From: an uncultured delta proteobacterium
GTDB lineage: Bacteria > Myxococcota > Myxococcia > Myxococcales > Anaeromyxobacteraceae
Direction: 5' to 3'
NCBI GenBank assembly: GCA_963828255.1
Contig: CAWHDZ010000040.1
Location: 96,001-160,000, forward strand
DNA: 64,000 nt
This document shows, one piece after another, positions 31,084-41,428 of the stretch; the first letter of the stretch is position 1, and every line of letters begins with the position of its first letter. Position numbers and translations under genes: made by a program. The notes under the pieces were generated by a model. The model made no database searches and was not told where the DNA came from. It was given only the letters and a program-made list of their open reading frames with translations.

Positions 31084-32245
31084 GAATCCAGTCCTGAAGG
31101 TCCTGACTTCCCTCCAGCTGACCATCATCTGCCTGTCGGCGCTCATGATCCTGGTCACCGCGGCGACCCTGGCCCAGGTGGGCATGGGGACCGCCGGCGC
31201 GGTCAACGCCTACATGCGCAGCTGGCTGGTCTGGTGGGAGATTCCCGACTCCCAGTGGATGATCCCGGTCTTCCCGGGCGGCGCCACGGTCGGCCTCGTC
31301 CTCATGGTGAACCTGATCGCGGCCCAGCTGGTCCGGCTCGAGGCCACCTGGAGCAAGGCCGGCCTCTGGGTCGTCCACCTCGGCCTCATCCTGTTCGTGG
31401 GCGGCGAGTTCGTCTCCGGCATGTTCCAGGTCGAGTCGCAGATGGCCATCGAGAACGGCCAGACCGTGAACTTCGTGGAGGGGCGCGATCCGGAGCTGGT
31501 CCTCATCGACGTGACCGACCCGGCCTGGGACGAGGTCTACGCCGTCCGCGCGGGCCCCCTGGCCCGCGAGGGGTCGGTGGCCGTCCCGGGCACGCCCGTC
31601 ACGCTCAAGATCCACCAGTACGCGCAGAACGCAGAGCTGCGGAACCGCACCCCGTTCGACCCGCCCGCGCGGGCCACGGCCGGGGTGGGAACCTCCGTCA
31701 CCATGACCCCCATCCCGCCGGTCTCCGCCGACAACGCGGTGGACCAGGGCGCCGCGCTCGTCGAGCCCATCGCCGGGGGGCGGAGCTACGGCACCTGGCT
31801 GGTCTCGCAGGGGCTGGGCGCCCCCCAGTCCTTCACCCACGAGGGGCGCACCTACCAGCTCGCCATGCGCCACCGGCGCCAGTACCTGCCCTACTCGGTG
31901 ACCCTGAAGAAGTTCAGCCACGACAAGTACGCCGGCACCGACATCCCCAAGAACTTCTCCAGCCTGGTCCACCTCGTGAATCCACGGACCGGCGAGAACC
32001 GGGACGTCCTCATCTCCATGAACGAGCCCATGCGCTACGACGGCAAGGCCTTCTACCAGGCCAGCTTCGGCAAGGGCGACACCCTCTCCATCCTCCAGGT
32101 GGTGGAGAACCCGGGCTGGCTCATCCCCTACATCTCCTGCGTGCTGGTCTCGCTGGGGCTCATCGTCCACTTCACCGTCAGCTTGAGGAAGTCGTCCAGG
32201 AAGCGCGAGGCCGCGCGGCTCGCGCAGGCGGCGCAGGAGGCATGA
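31070..32245 (+). CDS. resB: Cytochrome c biogenesis protein ResB/CcsB
   Basis: TTG start overlapping the upstream gene; 3 N-terminal TMs with VHLG His; large periplasmic domain; PKNFSS, ISMNEP.RY.G..FYQASF; C-terminal TM. Confidence 0.8.
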   Translation: MLTVKNPVLKVLTSLQLTIICLSALMILVTAATLAQVGMGTAGAVNAYMRSWLVWWEIPDSQWMIPVFPGGATVGLVLMVNLIAAQLVRLEATWSKAGLWVVHLGLILFVGGEFVSGMFQVESQMAIENGQTVNFVEGRDPELVLIDVTDPAWDEVYAVRAGPLAREGSVAVPGTPVTLKIHQYAQNAELRNRTPFDPPARATAGVGTSVTMTPIPPVSADNAVDQGAALVEPIAGGRSYGTWLVSQGLGAPQSFTHEGRTYQLAMRHRRQYLPYSVTLKKFSHDKYAGTDIPKNFSSLVHLVNPRTGENRDVLISMNEPMRYDGKAFYQASFGKGDTLSILQVVENPGWLIPYISCVLVSLGLIVHFTVSLRKSSRKREAARLAQAAQEA

Positions 32246-32246
32246 C

Positions 32247-34040
32247 ATGACGAAGAAGATCGGGAAGTACGCGGCGTGGATCGCCGGCGGCCTGGCGCTG
32301 GTCTCGGCGCTCCTCATGCTCCGCGCACCCGGTCAGGTCCGCGGCCTCGACGTGGACGGGTTCGTCAGGCTTCCGGTGCTGGAGGGCGGCCGGTTGAAGC
32401 CGCTCGACTCCACGGCGCGCAACGCGCTGCTCCTCATCCGGGGGCAGCAGAGCTTCCGTCACCAGGACCGGACCGTCGGGGCGGGCGAGTGGATCCTCGA
32501 CGTCCTCTTCCGGCCGCAGGTGGCCGACCTCCAGCCCATCTTCGTCATCGACAACCCCGACGTGCTGGGGGTCATGAAGATGGAGCGCACCAAGGATCGC
32601 TACTACTCCTTCCGCCAGATCATCCCCTTCATCAACGAGATCCAGCGCGAGGCCAACGCGGCCCAGGCCATCGAGGCCAAGCTGCGCACCCCCTACCAGA
32701 GCGCGGTCGCCAACCTCTTCGAGCGGCTCTACCTGTACCACCGGCTCAAGAACACCATCCAGCTGGAGAACCAGCCGGGGCTCGCCGCAGAGATCGCCGG
32801 CGCCACCGCCCCGGACGCGGCGCAGCGCCAGGCCAGCATGGCCGACCTGGCCTACTTCCGCCCCATCCCGCCGCTCCCCGGCCAGAAGGCCGAGGCCTGG
32901 TCCAACACCGGCGAGGCCCTGCGCGGCCTGGCCATGGGAGCGGTGAACCCCGGGCTCGACCCCATGGCACGCATCGCCTGGGCCTACTCGGTCCAGGACG
33001 CGCCCGCCTTCAACAAGGCGGTGAAGGACCTCCAGACCGTCACCTTCGGCACGTGGCCCGACGCCCAGACCCACGTGGACCACGAGACCACCTTCAACCG
33101 GGCCCAGCCCTTCTACGTGGGCATGGCCATCTACGTCCTGGCGCTGCTCATGGTCTTCGCCTCCTGGGCCTGGAAGCCGGAGATCCTGCGTTCGGCCGCC
33201 TTCGGCCTGCTCTGCGCCGGCGCCATCGTGCAGACCGCCGGGCTCATCTCGCGCATCGTCCTGCAGGGCAGGCCTCCGGTCACCAACCTCTACTCCTCGG
33301 CCGTCTTCGTGGGCTGGGGCGCGGTCCTGCTGGGCATCGTCCTCGAGCGCATGTACCGCAACGGCTTCGGGACGGCGGTGGCCTCGGCCTCCGGCTTCGC
33401 CTCGCTGCTCGTGGCCCACCACCTCTCCGGCGACGGCGACACCATGGAGATGATGCGGGCGGTGCTCGACTCCAACTTCTGGCTGGCCACCCACGTCACC
33501 ACCATCACCATCGGTTACAGCGGCATGTTCCTGGCCGCGGCCATCGCCATCGCCTGGACGGTTCGCAAGCACTTCGCCCGCGTGAGCCCGGAGATCTCGA
33601 AGTCGCTCCTGGGCATGGTCTACGGGATCATCGCCTTCTCCCTCTTCTTCAGCTTCGTGGGCACGGTCCTGGGCGGCATCTGGGCCGACCAGTCCTGGGG
33701 ACGGTTCTGGGGCTGGGACCCAAAGGAGAACGGCGCGCTGCTCATCGTGCTCTGGTGCGCCATCATCCTGCACGCGCGCTGGGGGGGCTTCGCCCGGGAG
33801 CGCGGCATCATGACCATGGCCATCTTCGGCGGCGTGATCACGAGCCTCTCCTGGTTCGGCGTGAACATGCTGGGGGTGGGGCTCCACTCCTACGGGTTCA
33901 TGGACAAGGCCTTCTGGGCGCTGTCCGGGTTCGTGGGCAGCCAGCTCCTCCTCATGGCGCTCGCCATGGCCCCCCGCCAGTTCTGGAAGGGGAAGGCGGC
34001 GCGCGAGGCCGGCGACGAGGCGCATCCTTCCAAGGCGTGA
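32247..34040 (+). CDS. ccsA: Cytochrome c biogenesis protein CcsA (System II) with N-terminal extracytoplasmic domain
   Basis: WADQSWGRFWGWDPKE WWD motif; WLATHV, ILHAR, GLHSYG His residues. Confidence 0.93.
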   Translation: MTKKIGKYAAWIAGGLALVSALLMLRAPGQVRGLDVDGFVRLPVLEGGRLKPLDSTARNALLLIRGQQSFRHQDRTVGAGEWILDVLFRPQVADLQPIFVIDNPDVLGVMKMERTKDRYYSFRQIIPFINEIQREANAAQAIEAKLRTPYQSAVANLFERLYLYHRLKNTIQLENQPGLAAEIAGATAPDAAQRQASMADLAYFRPIPPLPGQKAEAWSNTGEALRGLAMGAVNPGLDPMARIAWAYSVQDAPAFNKAVKDLQTVTFGTWPDAQTHVDHETTFNRAQPFYVGMAIYVLALLMVFASWAWKPEILRSAAFGLLCAGAIVQTAGLISRIVLQGRPPVTNLYSSAVFVGWGAVLLGIVLERMYRNGFGTAVASASGFASLLVAHHLSGDGDTMEMMRAVLDSNFWLATHVTTITIGYSGMFLAAAIAIAWTVRKHFARVSPEISKSLLGMVYGIIAFSLFFSFVGTVLGGIWADQSWGRFWGWDPKENGALLIVLWCAIILHARWGGFARERGIMTMAIFGGVITSLSWFGVNMLGVGLHSYGFMDKAFWALSGFVGSQLLLMALAMAPRQFWKGKAAREAGDEAHPSKA

Positions 34041-34071
34041 TAGGAAGCGTCCGCCCCGAGGGGCGGACCCC

Positions 34072-35694
34072 ATGAAGCACCAGATCGCACGCCGGCGCAC
34101 GTTCGCCATCATCTCGCACCCCGACGCCGGCAAGACGACGCTGACCGAGAAGCTGCTGCTCTACGGCGGCGTGATCCAGCTGGCCGGCGCGGTCAAGGCC
34201 AAGCGGGGCCGGGCCAGCGCCGTCTCCGACTGGATGGAGATGGAGCGGGAGCGCGGCATCTCCATCACCACCAGCGTCCTGCAGTTCCCCTACCGCGGGC
34301 TGCAGATGAACCTGCTCGACACCCCGGGCCACGCCGACTTCAGCGAGGACACCTACCGCACGCTCCACGCGGTGGACGGCGCGGTCATGCTCCTCGACAG
34401 CGCCAAGGGCGTGGAGGCCCAGACCCGCAAGCTCTTCCGGGTCTGCCGGCAGCGGGCCATCCCCATCTTCACCTTCGTGAACAAGCTCGACCGCCCCGGA
34501 CGCGACGCCTTCGACCTCATCGGCGAGGTGGAGAACGTGCTCGGCATCGGCGTCTACCCGGTGACCTGGCCCATCTTCCGCAACGGCGTCTTCCGGGGCG
34601 TCTACCACCGGCTGCGCCAGCGCGTGTACCTGTTCGAGGCCGGACGGGCCAACTCCAGCTCCACAACCGGGGCCGAACGCCCCCCGGTGGAGGTGACCGG
34701 CATCGACGACCCGGCCCTCCGGGAGGAGCTCGACGACAGGGGATACGACCAGCTCCGGCACGACGCCGAGCTGCTCGAGATGGCCGGCGACGGATTCGAC
34801 CGGGAGCGCTTCGAGGCCGGGCAGCTCTCGCCCATGTTCTTCGGGTCGGCGGTGAACAACTTCGGCCTGGAGGCCTTCCTGGAGACCTTCTCCGAGCTCA
34901 TGCCGCCGCCGAGGGCGCGCCTGTCCGACGCCGGTCCCATCGAGCCGGCCAGCGAGGAGTTCAGCGGCTTCGTCTTCAAGATCCAGGCGAACATGGACAA
35001 GGCCCACCGCGACCGGGTGGCCTTCGTGCGGATCTGCTCGGGCAAGATGGTGCGCGGGATGAAGGTGACCCACGTGCGCAGCGGCAAGGAGGTCCGGCTC
35101 GCCAGCCCCACCCAGTTCCTGGCCCGGGAGCGCAGCGTGGTGGACGAGTCCTACGCCGGTGACGTGGTGGGCATCCACGACCCCGGCCTCTTCGAGATCG
35201 GCGACACCCTCACCGGCGGCTCGCGCTTCGCCTTCGAGGGGATCCCCAGCTTCGCCCCCGAGCACTTCCGGCGCCTGGCGCTGGTGGACCCGATGCGGCG
35301 CAAGCAGTTCGCCACCGGCATCGAGCAGCTGGCCCAGGAGGGGACCGTGCAGCTCTACCGCCCGCCCGCCGGTCGCGCCGGTGACCTGGTGCTGGGGGCG
35401 CTCGGGCAGCTGCAGTTCGAGGTGGTGAAGTACCGGCTCGAGGCCGAGTACGGGGTCGAGGTCCGCGTCGAGACGGTGCCCTGGGTGCTGGCCCGCTGGC
35501 CGGGCCGGGCCGACGGCGCGCCGGTGGACCTGGACGCGCTGCAGGACGCGGTCGAGGGGATGGTCGTGCTCGACGTCCGCGAGCGGCCCGTGGTGCTCTT
35601 CGACCGGGCCTGGGCGCTGCAGACCGCCGAGCGAGTTCACCCGGAGTATGTGTTCGCCGAGACCGCCACGGGCGTCGTGGTCCGGGCCGCGTAG
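34072..35694 (+). CDS. prfC: Peptide chain release factor 3
   Basis: RRTFAIISHPDAGKTT, ERGISI, DTPGH.DFSEDTYR, KIQANMD..HRDR. Confidence 0.97.
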   Translation: MKHQIARRRTFAIISHPDAGKTTLTEKLLLYGGVIQLAGAVKAKRGRASAVSDWMEMERERGISITTSVLQFPYRGLQMNLLDTPGHADFSEDTYRTLHAVDGAVMLLDSAKGVEAQTRKLFRVCRQRAIPIFTFVNKLDRPGRDAFDLIGEVENVLGIGVYPVTWPIFRNGVFRGVYHRLRQRVYLFEAGRANSSSTTGAERPPVEVTGIDDPALREELDDRGYDQLRHDAELLEMAGDGFDRERFEAGQLSPMFFGSAVNNFGLEAFLETFSELMPPPRARLSDAGPIEPASEEFSGFVFKIQANMDKAHRDRVAFVRICSGKMVRGMKVTHVRSGKEVRLASPTQFLARERSVVDESYAGDVVGIHDPGLFEIGDTLTGGSRFAFEGIPSFAPEHFRRLALVDPMRRKQFATGIEQLAQEGTVQLYRPPAGRAGDLVLGALGQLQFEVVKYRLEAEYGVEVRVETVPWVLARWPGRADGAPVDLDALQDAVEGMVVLDVRERPVVLFDRAWALQTAERVHPEYVFAETATGVVVRAA

Positions 35695-35727
35695 GCCCCG
35701 GCGGGTGACCGGCGCAGCCGGGCGCCG

Positions 35728-36699
35728 TCACTCCCCGCTGGTGGTCTCGGGGACGGCAGCCGGGGCGGCCCGGTCGAGCCCCTCGTCGGCGTAGGAGGTG
35801 GGATCCTCCAGCGCCTCCAGGTGGGTGAGCACGTTGGCGTTGGGGATGACCTGCCGGATCTCGTGCTCGATCCTCTCCAGCAACGCGTGCCCCCGGGCCA
35901 CGTTCCAGGAGCCGGGCACGAGCACGTGGACCGAGACGAAGCGGCGCGAGGCCGCCTGCCGGGTGCGGAGCGCGTGGAACTGCACCTCCGGTCCGCGGTG
36001 GGAGTCGAGGACCTTCAACACGGCGGCCTGCTCGTCGGTCGGGAGCGTGGTGTCGAGGAGTCCCAGCGCCGAGCGCCGGATGAGCTTCACGCCTGCCCAG
36101 GTGATGTTCAACGCCACGCCGATGGCCACGATGGGGTCGAGCGTGTTCCATCCGGTGAGCGCCACCACGCCGATGCCGGTCAGCACGCCCACCGAGGTCC
36201 AGACGTCGGTCATGAGGTGGTGCGCGTCGGCCTCGAGCGCGATGGAATGGTGCTTCTTTCCGGCCCGGAAGAGCACGCGGGAGACCACCAGGTTCACGAC
36301 CGAGGCGCCGGTGGAGACGAGGAGGCCGACTCCGACCTGCTCGAGGGGGGCAGGGTGGAGCAGGCGGTTCACCGCCGACCAGGCGATGGCCACGGCCGCC
36401 ACCAGGATGAGCGCACCCTCCACGCCGCTGGCGAAGTACTCGGCCTTGTCGTGGCCGTAGGCGTGCTCCTGGTCGGGGGGCCGGGCCGCAACGGTGAGCA
36501 TGCCCAGGGTGGTGACGGCGGCCACCAGGTTCACCACCGACTCGGCCGCGTCGGAGAGGAGGCCGACCGATCCGGTGAGCCGCCAGGCGACGGTCTTCAT
36601 GACGATGGTCACCACCGCCGCGGCGATGGAGAGCCAGGCGAACCGCGCCAGCGAGGGCCGGGTGTTGGTCACCGATCCGGCCGACATCGTCCCCGTCAT
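35728..36699 (-). CDS. Cation diffusion facilitator transporter
   Basis: GSVGLLSDAAES, PPD.EH.YGH.KAEY, ADAHHLMTD, THLE. Confidence 0.92.
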   Translation of the reverse strand: MTGTMSAGSVTNTRPSLARFAWLSIAAAVVTIVMKTVAWRLTGSVGLLSDAAESVVNLVAAVTTLGMLTVAARPPDQEHAYGHDKAEYFASGVEGALILVAAVAIAWSAVNRLLHPAPLEQVGVGLLVSTGASVVNLVVSRVLFRAGKKHHSIALEADAHHLMTDVWTSVGVLTGIGVVALTGWNTLDPIVAIGVALNITWAGVKLIRRSALGLLDTTLPTDEQAAVLKVLDSHRGPEVQFHALRTRQAASRRFVSVHVLVPGSWNVARGHALLERIEHEIRQVIPNANVLTHLEALEDPTSYADEGLDRAAPAAVPETTSGE

Positions 36700-37772
36700 C
36701 GCACGGGCCTCTCCCGCGCCGGCAGGAGATCGCGGAGGACCTCGCGGGCCCGGCGGAGCATCTCCACCGTGGTGTCCCAGCCCACGCAGGCGTCGGTGAC
36801 CGAGCAGCCGTAGCGGAGCTTCGAGAGGTCGGCCGGGACGGGCTGGTTGCCCGCCTCGATGAAGCTCTCCACCATGAACCCCACCACGGAGCGGTTCCCC
36901 TCGCGGATCTGGTGCACCACGTCGCGCATGACGAGCGGCTGGAGGTCGGGCTTCTTCCAGGAGTTCGCGTGGGAGCAGTCCACCACCAGGTTCCCCGGCA
37001 GCCTGGCCTTGGCGAGCGCCTCCTCGGCGAGGGTGATGGAGACGGTGTCGAAGTTGGGGCGCCCCCCGCCGCCGCGCAGCACGAGGTGGCCGTAGCGGTT
37101 GCCGCGGGTGCGCACGATGGCCGAGCGACCCTGGCCGGAGACGCCCAGGAAGCTGTGGGGCCCGGCCGCCGAGAGGATGGCGTTCACCGCGCCCTCGATG
37201 TCGCCGTCGGTCCCGTTCTTGAAGCCCACCGGGGTGGAGAGGCCGGAGGACATCTCGCGGTGGGTCTGTGACTCGGAGGTGCGGGCGCCGATGGCGGTCC
37301 AGGCGATGAGGTCCCCGTAGTACTGGGGGGCGATGGGGTCGAGGGCCTCGGTGCCGGCCGGGAGGCCGAGCTCGTTCACGTCGAGGAGGAACTGGCGGCC
37401 GCGCTCCATCCCCTCGTCGATGCGGAAGGAGTCGTCCATGCGCGGGTCGTTGACGAACCCCTTCCATCCCAGCGAGGTGCGCGGCTTCTCGAAGTAGACG
37501 CGCATGACGACGTGGAGCGTGTCGGCCAGCTCGTCGGCCAGGACGCGCAGGCGCCGCGCGTAGTCGAGGCCGGCCGCCGGGTCGTGGATGGAGCAGGGGC
37601 CCACCACCACGAAGAGCCGCCTGTCGCGTCCGTCGAGGATGGCCTCGATGGCGCGGCGGGAGGAGACCACCGTGGCCGCAGCCCGCTCGGAGAGGGGATG
37701 GCGTCCCTTCACCTCGTCGGGAGAGGGCATGAGGTCGAGGGACGCTACGTTCAGGTTCTCGGTCTGCTGCAT
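36696..37772 (-). CDS. aroG: Class I (alpha) DAHP synthase
   Basis: VGPCSIHD, RVYFEKPRT..GWKG, AIGARTSESQTHR, GFKNGTDG, DCSHANS, SVTDAC; paralog identity (aroF/G/H) uncertain. Confidence 0.93.
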   Translation of the reverse strand: MQQTENLNVASLDLMPSPDEVKGRHPLSERAAATVVSSRRAIEAILDGRDRRLFVVVGPCSIHDPAAGLDYARRLRVLADELADTLHVVMRVYFEKPRTSLGWKGFVNDPRMDDSFRIDEGMERGRQFLLDVNELGLPAGTEALDPIAPQYYGDLIAWTAIGARTSESQTHREMSSGLSTPVGFKNGTDGDIEGAVNAILSAAGPHSFLGVSGQGRSAIVRTRGNRYGHLVLRGGGGRPNFDTVSITLAEEALAKARLPGNLVVDCSHANSWKKPDLQPLVMRDVVHQIREGNRSVVGFMVESFIEAGNQPVPADLSKLRYGCSVTDACVGWDTTVEMLRRAREVLRDLLPARERPVR

Positions 37773-37797
37773 GGGACGCCCATGATACCAAGACCCC

Positions 37798-39724
<1,927 letters not shown>

Positions 39725-39744
<20 letters not shown>

Positions 39745-40111
39745 GCTCGATCCGGTAGCCGTCCGGGTCCTCGACGAAGGCGATGACGGTCTTCCCGTGC
39801 TTCATCGGGCCGGCCGGGCGCACCACCTTCCCGCCGCGCCGCTCGATCTCGGCGCAGGCCGCCTGGGCGTCCGGCACCTCCAGCGCCACGTGGCCGAATC
39901 CATTGCCGAGGTCGTAGGCATGCGTGTCCCAGTTCCAGGTCAGCTCGATGGCGGCTGCCTCCGATTCGAGCGCGTAGCCCACGAAGGCCAGCGTGAAGCG
40001 CCCCTCGGGGTACTCGTGCCTGCGGAGCAGGCTCATCCCCAGGACCTCGGTGTAGAAGCGGATCGAGCGATCGAGGTCGCCCACGCGGATCATGGTGTGG
40101 AGGATGCGCAT
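39725..40111 (-). CDS. gloA: Lactoylglutathione lyase (glyoxalase I)
   Basis: [39 protein letters not shown]. Confidence 0.95.
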
Positions 40112-40115
40112 GGCC

Positions 40116-40901
40116 TCACTCGTACATCTTGCGGGTGCTCGAGCCCATGAAGCGGACGGCGGCGGGCCTGGAGAGGAGTCGCTGCATGACGAAGTTCACC
40201 GCCCGGTTGAGCCGCCCGGCGACCACCACGGGCTTGTGTCCCAGCGCGGCCAGGGCCTCCGCCACGACCGGCCCCGCCTCCATCATCGGAACCCTCTTCC
40301 GGGGCCGGGAGGCCTCGTAGCTCGGCGTGCGGGTCGGGCCGGCCCGGCAGGCCAGGACGTCCACCCCGTGCGGCCGCAGCTCGTCCCAGAGCCCCTCGGC
40401 GAGAACGATCTCGAAGGCCTTGGATGCGGCGTAGGCGGCCACGATCGGCGTCCCCTGGCCGCCGGCCAGGGAGGACATGAGGATGACGCCGCCGCGCCCC
40501 CGGGGGACCATCCGGCGCGCGAAGTGGTGCGCCATGGCGAGCGGCGCCCGGCAGTTCACGTCGATCACCTTCATGAGGTCGTGGAGCGGACGGTCGAGGA
40601 AGGGGCCCAGGGCGGAGAAGGCGGCGTTGTGGACGACGAGACCCACCTCGGCGTCCCCGGCGAGGGCGTCGAGCACGGCGAGGAGGTCGGGGCGGGCCAC
40701 GTCGGCCGCGGCGGTGCGGACCTGGATGCCGTGGGCCGTGCGCAGCTCGGCGGCGAGGGCCTCGAGAGGGCCCTCGCGCCGGGCCACCAACATCAAATTT
40801 AGCCCGCGGGAGGCCAGGGCGCGGGCGAAGGATTCCCCGATCCCTTCCGAGGCGCCGGTGACGAGCGCCCACGGGCCGTAGCGGGCCCCGAAGTCCTTCA
40901 C
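40116..40901 (-). CDS. Short-chain dehydrogenase/reductase
   Basis: [20 protein letters not shown]. Confidence 0.92.
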   Translation of the reverse strand: MKDFGARYGPWALVTGASEGIGESFARALASRGLNLMLVARREGPLEALAAELRTAHGIQVRTAAADVARPDLLAVLDALAGDAEVGLVVHNAAFSALGPFLDRPLHDLMKVIDVNCRAPLAMAHHFARRMVPRGRGGVILMSSLAGGQGTPIVAAYAASKAFEIVLAEGLWDELRPHGVDVLACRAGPTRTPSYEASRPRKRVPMMEAGPVVAEALAALGHKPVVVAGRLNRAVNFVMQRLLSRPAAVRFMGSSTRKMYE

Positions 40902-41407
40902 TTGAAGGAGAAGTTGAAGAAGGGGAAGACCGGCAGCATGCCGCCCTTGTGGATGATGTTGATGAGGCCGATCTGGACGCCTTCCATGGTGTCGGTCTGG
41001 TTCACGAGGCCGAGCTGGAGCCCCTTCACGTGATTCGCCTGGTTGTAGAGGCCGGTCTGGAGACCCTCGAAGTTCCCCTTGGTGATGCTCACGATCCAGT
41101 TCCCCTGCCAGCCCTTGAACTCGCCGTTCACGATGCTGACGGCGCCCCACTGCAGGCCCACGGCGCCGCCCGAGGTCATGTTGACGAGGCCGAGGTCGAA
41201 GCCGTTCACGAAGGCGTTGTTTCCGTAGAGCAGGCTGAACCGGAAGCCGCTGATGCCCTGCGCCTCGGGCACGATCTGGACCGGGGTGACGAGGCCCAGC
41301 GAGATGGGCTTGCCGCCCGACTCGGCGAGCGAGGCGGTGGGGACCGCGAGGAGGGCGGCGAGGACGGGGAGGGCGAGGACGGGGAGGGCGAGGACGAGAC
41401 GGCGCAT
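40898..41407 (-). CDS. Exported Gly-rich repeat protein (LA_2272-like G.Q.G..N repeats)
   Basis: Signal peptide; repeated GLQ.G..N units; C-terminal FNFSF. Confidence 0.75.
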   Translation of the reverse strand: MRRLVLALPVLALPVLAALLAVPTASLAESGGKPISLGLVTPVQIVPEAQGISGFRFSLLYGNNAFVNGFDLGLVNMTSGGAVGLQWGAVSIVNGEFKGWQGNWIVSITKGNFEGLQTGLYNQANHVKGLQLGLVNQTDTMEGVQIGLINIIHKGGMLPVFPFFNFSFK

Positions 41408-41428
41408 GTCTTTGCTCCTTGCGTGGGG

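Noticed and set aside
41360..41396. 15-bp tandem repeat (about 2.5 copies)
   Set aside because: In-frame duplication within a signal peptide (LALPV); not a CRISPR or regulatory repeat
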